Of a stretch of DNA of 64,000 nt, positions 35,937-45,137 are shown piece after piece; the first letter of the stretch is position 1, and every line of letters begins with the position of its first letter. The position numbers were made by a program, and so were the translations under genes. The notes under the pieces are model-generated. The model was given only the letters and a program-made list of their open reading frames with translations. It was not told where the DNA came from and ran no database searches. The stretch comes from Desulfobacteraceae bacterium (lineage in GTDB: Bacteria > Desulfobacterota > Desulfobacteria > Desulfobacterales > ETH-SRB1), in contig VMSQ01000314.1 in assembly GCA_013792055.1 (NCBI GenBank), positions 8,876-72,875 of the forward strand, written 5' to 3'.

Positions 35937-37277
35937 CTAACTAATATTGATATAGTTTGACGACATAAATTCATTGAATGATTTCCCAGAGCATGTTGCA
36001 TTAGGATTCATAAGGGCGTACATTTGGTCTGACTTATCCTTTGGAGTGAAGCCCATTCGAGGGATGTATAGAAGTATTCCAGTGAGCCATTGATAATGTG
36101 GATTTGGCCAGATCCGTTCTTGCACCATTCTTAGCAATTCTGGAGAGGTCAATTCATGATGAGCAATCTTGCATACAACGATTTGTGTATCATCACTCCG
36201 AAGTTGTTCTCGTTTTCTATCCAGTGTATTACGAATGGATTTTACAATCATTTCGGTCAGTTCGGTGGCATCTTCCGCTTGAATGATGGCCTCCAAAGCG
36301 ATGGCTGATTGCTTTCGAGCAGAGACCCATGAAAAATTTCTATTCTCTTCCCTTATCCAGAGGCCCAAGCCTTTTGGCCCGTCAAAGGTGGCGTATCTAT
36401 CATTTGGAAAATGGACAGTATCGGGGTCAGGATGCTTGCTAAGATCACATTGGATGTGAGGTGGCTCATGCCAAGTAGCAATTATCTGCTTTTCGTTAAA
36501 AGTAATAGACGTTTCTCCTGTCGTTGTTGCCTTAACGTTTGGTAATACTGTAGATTTAATGAAGGTTTTAGCTTGAGACCACTTAAAATTAAGAGGCAAA
36601 CTGAAAACGAGGATACGGCGTAAGGGATGTTTAAACATACTCCGTTCTATGTAATTAAAGGCCTGCTCGATGTTATTTTTCCAGAGGATAAGCGGCTGAA
36701 AGTAGAAGACGGTAATTTCAACCAAGATGCGGCCACACGGTAATTGAAAAGAGAAGTCAGGGGTTTTGGGACGATTATATGATTTCAAGTCTTTCTGTGG
36801 TACTAATGGGTCAAGCTCGATTGGCTTCGTTTTCTGGGCAAAGAATGAGAGAACGCGAAACTCCGTAAGCAAATTTTCGAAATCTGTCTTCCCATTTGTT
36901 CTAAGCAATTGGATGACTTTGTCTTCGAAGATCGCACGTGATCGAACAGTTATTGCCTGCTCAATAAGAGCCAAATGAGATGATAGGTCTATCAGAAATG
37001 TGACAGGACTTTGCCCATCACTATTCCAGGCAAATCGGAGTTGCCCTTTAGGTTTTCCAAGCCACGTTGGATCAAGTAAAGAAATTAATCCCTTGAGGTA
37101 ATTGCGTGCTCCTCTCAAGTTCTCTTGAGTTAGGATTGTTCCTGAGAGATCGGCGTTACTGTCAAGAAATGGCATTGCTGAGATACCTCGATTTTCAATA
37201 CCGCATTTTCGGCGACGGCGCGTACTAATTGAATGAGTGTCTGGTCGCGCTTCATACCGGGGGTAGGTCAGGGGCAT
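35937..37277 (-). CDS. hypothetical protein (no family recognised)
   Basis: 446-aa track ORF. The internal Met at 37175 (MPFLDSNADL) may be the true start. It contains a segment KTPDFSFQLPCGRILVEITVF that vaguely recalls a PD-(D/E)xK core, but this is unproven. Confidence 0.5.
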   Translation of the reverse strand: MPLTYPRYEARPDTHSISTRRRRKCGIENRGISAMPFLDSNADLSGTILTQENLRGARNYLKGLISLLDPTWLGKPKGQLRFAWNSDGQSPVTFLIDLSSHLALIEQAITVRSRAIFEDKVIQLLRTNGKTDFENLLTEFRVLSFFAQKTKPIELDPLVPQKDLKSYNRPKTPDFSFQLPCGRILVEITVFYFQPLILWKNNIEQAFNYIERSMFKHPLRRILVFSLPLNFKWSQAKTFIKSTVLPNVKATTTGETSITFNEKQIIATWHEPPHIQCDLSKHPDPDTVHFPNDRYATFDGPKGLGLWIREENRNFSWVSARKQSAIALEAIIQAEDATELTEMIVKSIRNTLDRKREQLRSDDTQIVVCKIAHHELTSPELLRMVQERIWPNPHYQWLTGILLYIPRMGFTPKDKSDQMYALMNPNATCSGKSFNEFMSSNYINIS

Positions 37278-37366
37278 TACAGCCCCTTTCCCCCCTAAGA
37301 ACCATGCATTATTATGATAAACTTTATCTAATCAGTTATATTGAAGTTATACTAAGATTTATAATT

Positions 37367-37590
37367 TCAATACTCAGAGGGGTCACCCATTTCCCCATAC
37401 AGGCGCGTCTCAATCTGGATGGCGAGAATATTGCGACTCAACCCGTTCTTGATGGTTTTGCGGGCATACCACAAACGGACCTCGGGGTTCCTTGTTCTTC
37501 TCCAGTAAGGCCAGATTGCGATACCAGGTGATTTGTGCAAGCACCTCTTGCACAATTGCCTTATCCGGCCAGGATTCGGATTAAGTTACC
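37367..37590 (-). pseudogene. remnant of a DUF1016/YhcG-family (PDDEXK nuclease) gene, frameshifted and truncated
   Basis: One frame reads DKAIVQEVLAQITWYRNLALLEKNKEP. After a frame change it continues EVRLWYARKTIKNGLSRNILAIQIETRLYGE. This matches the conserved ...LPWGHN..LL.K.KDP.ERLWYA...IENGWSRNVL..QIES.LYER block of YhcG proteins. The N-terminus and the nuclease domain are absent. Confidence 0.6.
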
Positions 37591-37685
37591 ATTTTACTTA
37601 AGGATTTAAGTTGCTTTTTTATCATGAATGGAGGCTAAAGTAAAGTTGAAAGCCTGAACCAACTGTTTTGGTTAATGAAAAGTCG

Positions 37686-37708
37686 GGGCCACAGATTGTG
37701 GCCCTTTT
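37686..37708. terminator. orphan GC-rich hairpin with flanking A/T runs
   Basis: GAAAAGTCG-GGGCCACA-gat-TGTGGCCC-TTTTG. No intact gene ends here, so it may be a relic of the decayed locus. Confidence 0.45.
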
Positions 37709-37859
37709 GAAATGTCAATAAATTTGGGGATTGGATTTGCTTTTGGGCAGAATTCAGGGAGGTCTTTTACGATTGCCTTGAAAATGAACAACTTAATTCA
37801 CCTTAAGCTTGACCTATAATCGCTGGTTCTGTATATTATACGATAAATGTAACTGCTCA

Positions 37860-37898
37860 GGTTCACGGTTCAATGGTTCACGGTTCAAGGTTAGAGAG
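37860..37898. repeat. tandem GGTTCAC/GGTTCAA heptamer block upstream of lnt
   Basis: GGTTCACGGTTCAATGGTTCACGGTTCAAGGTTAGAGAG. Confidence 0.6.
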
Positions 37899-37903
37899 CG
37901 ATA

Positions 37904-39487
37904 TTGAAAACAACAAGTTTTAACTGGACAAATATCATTTTAGCTGTATTAAGCGGCTTGCTTTTAACCGGTTCTTTCCCGAAAATCGGCATTGACTGGC
38001 TTGCGTGGTTTGCCCTTGTGCCGTTGCTGATTTCCTTAAAAAACAGCTCGTTAGCAAATAGTTTTCGCCTTGGTTTTATTGCAGGTCTTGCACATTATAT
38101 TACCCTTGCATACTGGCTTGTCTATACTATGCAAACTTATGGTAATCTTCCTCTTTATCAATGCGTATCCGTTCTTTTCCTGTTATCCGCTTATCTATCT
38201 CTCTACATAGCTGTCTTTTCGGTTATTTTAATAAGGCTATGTGCAAAACCTGTGAACTGTCTTTTTATAATTCCTTTTTCATGGGTTTCTTTGGAATATA
38301 TTCGCAATTATCTTTTCTCAGGGTTTCCCTGGGGGCTGATTGGATACTCCCAATTTAACAGGTTGCATCTTATACAGCTATCGGATATACTTGGAATATA
38401 TGGGGTGTCTTTTCTGATTGCTCTGGCTAATGCGACAATTTTCCTTGCATTTCTTTATATCACGGGAAGCAAATGGAAAGAGGCAAAGGTTAAAAAACGT
38501 CTTGCCGGAGGATCGATATTTGTTTTTATCCTGATCACAGGCCTTGTTTTCATTTATGGAACATGGCGAATTAAATCAATTGATAATCTAATCTCTGCTG
38601 CAAAGTCTGTAAAAATCACAATTGTTCAGGGAAATATCGAACAGTCAATAAAGTGGGATCCTGCATTTCAAACAGCAACCACAGAAAAATACATCAATTT
38701 ATCTCTTTCAGCCAAAGAGGAAAAACCTGATCTCGTGGTCTGGCCGGAGACAGCAACTCCCTTTTACTTTTTATATGACAGACTGCTGTCAAAAAAGGTT
38801 CAAAATGGAATTCATGATACAAACACGGATTTTCTGATAGGCAGTCCTTCCTTTGCCCGCATGGGAAACATTATAGAATATTACAATAGTGCCTACCTGA
38901 TTAGCCCGGATGGAATGGTATGCGGAAAATATGACAAGGCACACCTTGTTCCATTTGGAGAATATGTTCCTTTTAAAAAATGGCTGCCGTTTATTGGTAA
39001 AATGGTTGAAGCTGTTGGAGATTTCAGCGCTGGGCAGGAAGGAAAAACTATCAAGTGGAATAATTACAACCTGGGGTTGCTGATTTGTTATGAAATCATT
39101 TTTCCTGAGCTTTCCAGAGCCATGACAAAAAATGAAGCGTCATTACTTGTCAACATCACCAATGATGCTTGGTATGGTAAAACAAGCGCTCCCTATCAGC
39201 ACTTTTCCATGGCAATATTCAGAGCGATAGAAAACAGACGATCTCTGGTAAGGGCGGCAAATACAGGCATAAGCGGATTCATAGACCCTGTTGGAAGAGT
39301 TATGGATTCGACATCGCTCTTTCAGGAAAAAGTAATAACTCGATCTATTCCAATAATACATGAGACATCCGCCTATACCAGATTTGGTGATCTATTCGCC
39401 ATTGCATGCCTGGTAGTTATGCTTATATTTTCAATATTGTATAAAGGTAAAGGGGAATGTCTCAATAAGTCCGGGCAAATTACATGA
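37904..39487 (+). CDS. lnt: apolipoprotein N-acyltransferase
   Basis: 527 aa with an N-terminal multi-TM domain and a C-terminal CN-hydrolase domain carrying the catalytic triad context (VVWPE, K in AHLVPFGEY, LICYE). TTG start. Confidence 0.9.
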   Translation: MKTTSFNWTNIILAVLSGLLLTGSFPKIGIDWLAWFALVPLLISLKNSSLANSFRLGFIAGLAHYITLAYWLVYTMQTYGNLPLYQCVSVLFLLSAYLSLYIAVFSVILIRLCAKPVNCLFIIPFSWVSLEYIRNYLFSGFPWGLIGYSQFNRLHLIQLSDILGIYGVSFLIALANATIFLAFLYITGSKWKEAKVKKRLAGGSIFVFILITGLVFIYGTWRIKSIDNLISAAKSVKITIVQGNIEQSIKWDPAFQTATTEKYINLSLSAKEEKPDLVVWPETATPFYFLYDRLLSKKVQNGIHDTNTDFLIGSPSFARMGNIIEYYNSAYLISPDGMVCGKYDKAHLVPFGEYVPFKKWLPFIGKMVEAVGDFSAGQEGKTIKWNNYNLGLLICYEIIFPELSRAMTKNEASLLVNITNDAWYGKTSAPYQHFSMAIFRAIENRRSLVRAANTGISGFIDPVGRVMDSTSLFQEKVITRSIPIIHETSAYTRFGDLFAIACLVVMLIFSILYKGKGECLNKSGQIT

Positions 39488-39793
39488 TACAAGACTCGCC
39501 CACTGATAACAAAATGTAAGAAGATCTGAAACTCGCATATAAGTGAGCCTAAAGAAAAAACAGTGGCCAATCCTTTTAATACGTATTGGTTAAGCGATAG
39601 ATCATATGCTTTAAAGATAAATTTTCTTATGCGCTGTTTTTTCTCAAAGCTCACTAAGATGCTCAAACAGTCAGCTCTTTTACATTTTATCACCAGCGGA
39701 CTCGTCTTTTTTATCTTTAGCCGAACTTTTTGAGAAGTTACGGCAAGGGCAACTTAAATAAAAAACAATGATAAACACATAAAAATCGAAATT

Positions 39794-39826
39794 TTGACGG
39801 CAATGGACTTTTTACAAAGCCGTCAA
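39794..39826. repeat. short hairpin related to the right arm of the 61.1-kb repeat
   Basis: TTGACGGC-aatggactttttacaaa-GCCGTCAA. ATGGACTTTTTACAAAGCCGTC matches ATGGACTTTTTACGAAGCCGTC at 61178-61199. It lies 16 nt upstream of the prfB start. Confidence 0.55.
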
Positions 39827-39842
39827 CAATAAGGAGAAAAAA

Positions 39843-40935
39843 ATGTCTATAGAACTCAAACAAACTATAAAGGAACTTAATCTTAAATTAGACCATCTGA
39901 AGGACTATCTTTGACGTCGAAGAAAAATCAAAAAGACTAAAAGAAATTGAGAACCTGATTGCAAAAGACAGCTTCTGGGATAAACAAGAAGAAACCACAT
40001 CAATTCTAAAAGAACGGGCTCTGCTTACAAGCAAGGTCGAAAGTTTTAACAAGCTTTTTAAAAACCTTGAAGAATGTGAAATGATGCTGGATATGGCCCT
40101 CGATGAATCAGACACAGATACCATCGAAGAAGTTTACCATGAAATCGAAGCAATAGACAAAGAAATCAGCAAACTTTCACTCGAGTTAATGCTTGATGAA
40201 GAAGATGATAAAAAAAATGCTATTGTTTCAATCAATGCAGGCGCAGGCGGAACCGATGCTCAGGACTGGGCTGAAATGCTTTTCAGAATGTATATGAGAT
40301 GGACTGAACGAAAAGGCTTTCAAGCCAAAATAATTGACTTTCAGCCTGGTGATGAAGCTGGGATTAAGAGTGTTACTTTTACCGCAAGCGGAGAATATGC
40401 ATATGGATACCTTAGGGCGGAAAAAGGAGTTCACCGCCTGGTTAGAATCTCTCCATTTAATGCAAGCCACAAAAGGCAGACATCCTTTGCTTCCGTATTT
40501 GTCTATCCGGAAATTGATAAAACAATTGTTATAGATATCGACGATAAAGACTTGCGTATAGATGTATTCAGGGCAAGCGGTGCTGGAGGACAACATGTTA
40601 ATAAAACAAGCAGTGCTGTCCGCATTACACACCTGCCTACAGGGATAGCTGTGCAGTGCCAGCAGGAAAAATCTCAGCACAGAAACAAAGAAATGGCAAT
40701 GAAGGTGCTTAAAGCAAGACTATATCAACAGGAAAAGCTGAAGCAGGATGAAAAAAAACAAAAACTGCATGACAGCAAGGATGATATAGCATGGGGCAGC
40801 CAGATAAGGTCATATGTTCTTCATCCCTATCAGATGGTCAAGGATCACCGGATAAATCTTGAAGTTGGTGACGTCAACAGCGTTCTTGATGGAGCAATAG
40901 ATCCTTTTATAGAAGGCGTGCTTCTTTCACGATAG
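39843..40935 (+). CDS. prfB: peptide chain release factor 2, with programmed +1 frameshift
   Basis: Frame 0 reads MSIELKQTIKELNLKLDHLKDYL and ends at CTT TGA C (TGA 39912-39914), preceded by an SD-like AGGAC. The +1 frame from 39913 continues DVEEKSKRLKEIE... into track ORF 40081..40935, which carries the SPF tripeptide (RISPFNA) and GGQ (GAGGQHVN). Confidence 0.93.
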
Positions 40936-40939
40936 CTTT

Positions 40940-41482
40940 ATGAATCCTATCGATATAATTGATAAATACTACAAAACCGATTCAAAAGCATATGAAATTA
41001 TAATTCAACATAGCAAACAGGTCACAAGAAAAGCTCTTGATGCCGCCAAAAAGGTTCCCCATTTAAATCCAGACCTTGATTTTATAAAAGAAGCTGCGAT
41101 GCTGCACGATATAGGTATTTTTTTGACCAATACCCCTGAATTAGGTTGTAAAGGCAAGTCGCCGTATATTTGCCATGGATATTTGGGCCGTGAAATATTA
41201 GAAAAAATCGGGCTTCCGAGACACGCTCTTGTCTGCGAACGTCACGTAGGCGTTGGCATAACAATCGAAGACATAAAAAACTACGCTCTTCCGTTACCCA
41301 AACGCGATATGCTTCCTGTTTCAATAGAAGAGCAGATAATATGCTTTGCAGACAAGTTCTTTTCTAAAAATCGGGATTCACTAAAAAAAGAAAAATCTGT
41401 TGAAGATATAAAGCAATACCTTAAACCCTACGGACTTGAAAAAGTCAAAAGGTTTCAGTCCTGGGTTGATCTGTTTGGGTGA
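40940..41482 (+). CDS. HD-domain phosphohydrolase
   Basis: 180 aa with the HD motif (AAMLHDIG) and downstream His residues (CHGYLG, ERHVG). Confidence 0.7.
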   Translation: MNPIDIIDKYYKTDSKAYEIIIQHSKQVTRKALDAAKKVPHLNPDLDFIKEAAMLHDIGIFLTNTPELGCKGKSPYICHGYLGREILEKIGLPRHALVCERHVGVGITIEDIKNYALPLPKRDMLPVSIEEQIICFADKFFSKNRDSLKKEKSVEDIKQYLKPYGLEKVKRFQSWVDLFG

Positions 41483-41810
41483 TAACAGATGTAACGGCAT
41501 TATCCTTATTTTTTTGTAATAGTTCAGCTTTTTGAAGATATGCTCGCTTCAGGTATAATCAAATTAAAATCATGAAAAACTCGTGCATAAGATATCATAA
41601 AGAAAGAATTAGCCATAACTATAAAGAAATTGTGGCAATTGAACAAAAAGCCTGGCAACAAATGGGTTTTATAATAGATTCTTTCTTAACGATCTCTAAT
41701 GCACTCAAACAGTTTCCTGTTTTGAATTTGATCATACCTGAAGCTCACACCCTCAGCAGATTTGTTTCATAAGACTAAAATATTACCATTTTTTTAATAG
41801 GAGGTGCGGC

Positions 41811-44800
41811 TTGTCAAGCAAAATTCAGATTACGATTAACGGAAAAGTAACTGCTGTAAAACCCGACACCTCTATCTTACAGGCAGCAGAAGAATCAGGG
41901 ATAAAGATACCAACTCTTTGCTATCAGGAACACCTAAAGCCCCTGGGACGATGTCGTCTATGCGTAGTAGAAATTGAAGGCAAAGATCGTCTTGTAACAT
42001 CCTGTATAGCAAAGGTCAAAGAAGGAATGGTTGTAGATACTGATTCAGAGCGTGTACGGCAGGCCCGTCAAAATAAAATAGAACTAATACTGACAAATCA
42101 CTATGGAGACTGCGTAGCTCCATGTCATCTCGCCTGCCCGGCAAACGTGGATATCCAGGGGTATCTTGCACTGCTTGCCAATGGTCAATATCTGGAAGCA
42201 TTAAAACTAGTTAAGGAACGCTGCCCAATGCCCCTGGTAATCGGAAGGATATGCCCCCATCCATGTGAAACCGAATGCCGGCGCCAAAGAGTTGACGAGC
42301 CTGTTTGTATTAACTTTGCAAAGCGTTTTCTTGGTGATTACGAAAGAACTAATTACAAGAAATTGATTGTATGTCTACCCGAACCTTCCGGCTACCGGGT
42401 CGCTGTTGTTGGAGGAGGGCCTGCCGGGCTCTCCACTGCCTTTTATCTGAGGCAAATGGGCCATGAAGTGACTATATTTGAGGCCATGCCTGAGTTAGGC
42501 GGACAATTGAAGTATGGAATCCCCAGTTACCGTCTTCCCAGGCATATCCTAGAACTTGAGATAGAATCTATACTTCAGCTCGGAATTGATGCAAAAACAA
42601 ACACTTCACTTGGGAAAGACTTTACCTGTGCAAGTCTTCTTTCTGATGGATACAGCGCAGTTTTTTTAGGATTAGGTTGCTGGGGTGCACGTAATTTGCG
42701 TATCCCAGGAGAAGAATTAAGCGATGTTATAGAAGGCACAACTTTTCTAACAGATGTCTCTCTTGGAAAAGATGTAAAGATTGGAAATAAAGTAATAGTT
42801 ATCGGCGGCGGGAATACAGCCATCGATGCTGCCCGTACTGCCCTTAGGCTGGGAGCAAAAAATGTCGCCATATACTATCGTCGATCAAGAGTGGAAATGC
42901 CGGCTCTTGCCGCAGAGGTTGATGCTGCAGAAGAAGAGGGTGTTCAAATAAATATACTTGTTGCTCCTTCACGGCTTATTGGTGAAAACGGCAAGTTAAA
43001 ACAGATGGAATATATAAGTATGACGCTTTGTGAAAAAGATGATAGCGGAAGGTGCAGGCCGGCGCCAATATCCGGTTCAGAAAAAACCGTTGATGTAGAT
43101 ACAGTAATAGCGGCGATCGGACAGGTACCTGAAATGTCTTGTTTGCAGAATGATGAAATCGGCCAAAAGTGCGAAACCACGCGCTGGGGAACAATTGTTG
43201 CGCACCCAGGCACTCTTCAGACAAATGTAGTAGGGGTCTTTACCGGAGGAGACGTCTTTACCGGCCCCAAGACAGTGGTGTCAGCTTTTAGCGCAGGCAG
43301 ACGAGCCGCTCATTCCATTGATCTGTTCCTGCGCAAAAAGCCTGTAAAATCTCCTGAAATGCCTTTTAACATAAGCAAAGGGTCCCTTAATAAAGTGGAT
43401 TCACAAAACTTCGTCGGTGTTGCAAAGAAAGCAAGGGCAACAATGCCGGAACTTCCTGCAGGTGCCCGCCGCAATAACTTTGAAGAAGTGGATTTGGGGT
43501 TTTCAGAAGAAACTGCTGTTCAAGAGGCAAAGAGATGCCTTTCTTGCGGATGTATTGATGCCTTTGAATGCAAATTGAGAGAATATGCCACAGAATATGG
43601 GGTAGATATTTCAAACCTTGAAAGCCGGCAGGAAAAAAAGTTTGAAATAGATGAAACACATCCGCATATAATTGTTGATCCAAACAAATGCATCAACTGC
43701 AGGCGATGCATGCGTAATTGCTCTGAATACCAGTGTTCAGATGCAATCGAGTTAGAACCACTTGAATTTGATCAAAAAGGCAAGATAACATTTTTCGGAC
43801 CTGTAATCAACGACAATTGTGTTTCATGCGGTTTATGCGTAAGCAACTGTCCCACAGGCGCCCTTATTGAAAAAACAAAAAAACGCCCCGGACCTTTCCA
43901 TCTTGAAACCACACCAACCACTTGTTCCGTATGCGGCTGCGGATGCAATTTAATATTAAACTATATTGGCAATGATTTGGTCAAAGTAACATCAGATCTG
44001 AAAAAGGAGCCAAATTACGGCCATCTCTGCATTAATGGAAAGTTCAGATATAAAGATACAAGTGGAAGAAAAAGGCTGGATAAGCCTCTAATCAAGCAAA
44101 AAGGACAATTTATCTCAGTGGAGTGGGACGAAGCTATTTCCCATGTTGTTCAGCGGCTTAAAACGCTTCAAAAAACATATCCCCCTGAATCGTTTGCAGG
44201 AATTGCAACACCAGCATGCACAAATGAAGAAGCATATCTATTTCAGAAATTTTTAAGAGCTGTACTTAAAACTTCAAATATCGACTTTTTCGATAGCCCA
44301 TCTGAAATAAATATTCTCCCTGAATTTACTTCGCTGTTCTCGACTACGGCTGAATATAGAACTATTGAAACCGCAAAACAGATTCTTATCACCTCAGATA
44401 ATCCGGCTGTTCAATATCCAGTAATTGATGCGCTTGTCAGACGCGCTCAAAGAGAAAACAAAGCAACAATTGATTTTGTAGATGGTGCATTGCCTGAAAT
44501 TTCAGATGAAATGCCTACTGTTTTTCTTTATTCAAAGGAAATCTTTAAATGGGATACAAATCAGCTTGAACAACTCCTTTCAATGTCCAAGAAAGGATTT
44601 TTGCATCTTTTTCCACTTATTTTTAAATCCAATGGCCTTGGATTGCTTAATATGGGTGTTTCCCCAAACCTTTTTCCAGGGCAAAAATGGATAAATGATA
44701 TTGAGGAACGCAAAAAATTAGAAACTGCCTGGAAAACAAATCTGCCTGAACAGCCGGGACTATCGATAGACAAAATACTGGAAAAAACTTTTACAGAGGA

Positions 44801-45137
44801 TATTCGTGTAATTTATTTAATGGGCGACATTCCGGAATCTATTGAACATGACGACACAGTAAAAAGGTCTCTTTCTAAGGCTGAACTATTAGTGGTCCAA
44901 TCGCCTTATCATTCACGGTTATTCTCAGACGCAGAAGTAATCTTGCCTCCACTTACAATTGAAGAATCAGAGGGAACCATAACAAATATCGAAGGTAGAA
45001 TAAGTCCGTTATCTGTTCCAGTTTCTATGCGGGGACAAAATAAACATGGAAGAGAAATAATAGCACAGATTTCAACGCTAATGGGTTACCCAATGCCCTT
45101 GAGTAATTTAGATGAAATAAACAAAGAGATTAATTGA
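41811..45137 (+). CDS. multidomain Fe-S flavoprotein: 2Fe-2S ferredoxin + GltD-like NAD(P)H/FAD oxidoreductase + 2x[4Fe-4S] + truncated molybdopterin-oxidoreductase-like domain
   Basis: 1108 aa, TTG start 7 nt after AGGAGG. Domains in order: 2Fe-2S (CYQEH...CRLCVVEIEG), GltD-like Cys cluster (CPHPCETEC), dinucleotide folds VAVVGGGPAGLSTAF and VIGGGNTAIDAART, ferredoxin motifs CINCRRCMRNC and CVSCGLCVSNCP, and a MopB-type N-terminal cluster CSVCGCGCN. Only ~400 aa follow the last cluster. Confidence 0.75.
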   Translation: MSSKIQITINGKVTAVKPDTSILQAAEESGIKIPTLCYQEHLKPLGRCRLCVVEIEGKDRLVTSCIAKVKEGMVVDTDSERVRQARQNKIELILTNHYGDCVAPCHLACPANVDIQGYLALLANGQYLEALKLVKERCPMPLVIGRICPHPCETECRRQRVDEPVCINFAKRFLGDYERTNYKKLIVCLPEPSGYRVAVVGGGPAGLSTAFYLRQMGHEVTIFEAMPELGGQLKYGIPSYRLPRHILELEIESILQLGIDAKTNTSLGKDFTCASLLSDGYSAVFLGLGCWGARNLRIPGEELSDVIEGTTFLTDVSLGKDVKIGNKVIVIGGGNTAIDAARTALRLGAKNVAIYYRRSRVEMPALAAEVDAAEEEGVQINILVAPSRLIGENGKLKQMEYISMTLCEKDDSGRCRPAPISGSEKTVDVDTVIAAIGQVPEMSCLQNDEIGQKCETTRWGTIVAHPGTLQTNVVGVFTGGDVFTGPKTVVSAFSAGRRAAHSIDLFLRKKPVKSPEMPFNISKGSLNKVDSQNFVGVAKKARATMPELPAGARRNNFEEVDLGFSEETAVQEAKRCLSCGCIDAFECKLREYATEYGVDISNLESRQEKKFEIDETHPHIIVDPNKCINCRRCMRNCSEYQCSDAIELEPLEFDQKGKITFFGPVINDNCVSCGLCVSNCPTGALIEKTKKRPGPFHLETTPTTCSVCGCGCNLILNYIGNDLVKVTSDLKKEPNYGHLCINGKFRYKDTSGRKRLDKPLIKQKGQFISVEWDEAISHVVQRLKTLQKTYPPESFAGIATPACTNEEAYLFQKFLRAVLKTSNIDFFDSPSEINILPEFTSLFSTTAEYRTIETAKQILITSDNPAVQYPVIDALVRRAQRENKATIDFVDGALPEISDEMPTVFLYSKEIFKWDTNQLEQLLSMSKKGFLHLFPLIFKSNGLGLLNMGVSPNLFPGQKWINDIEERKKLETAWKTNLPEQPGLSIDKILEKTFTEDIRVIYLMGDIPESIEHDDTVKRSLSKAELLVVQSPYHSRLFSDAEVILPPLTIEESEGTITNIEGRISPLSVPVSMRGQNKHGREIIAQISTLMGYPMPLSNLDEINKEIN

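Noticed and set aside
37860-37898. Possible CRISPR-like array (heptamer tandems here and at 52050-52203)
   Set aside because: The units are ~7 nt with no unique spacers and no 25-40-nt repeat periodicity. There are no cas genes in the window.
41572-41772. 66-aa ORF in the spacer before the 1108-aa gene
   Set aside because: No RBS, no recognisable family, and AT-rich leader sequence. I kept it unannotated.
41811-45137. Selenocysteine recoding in the MopB-like domain
   Set aside because: The ORF is uninterrupted, with no in-frame TGA, and no SECIS-like context needs to be invoked.
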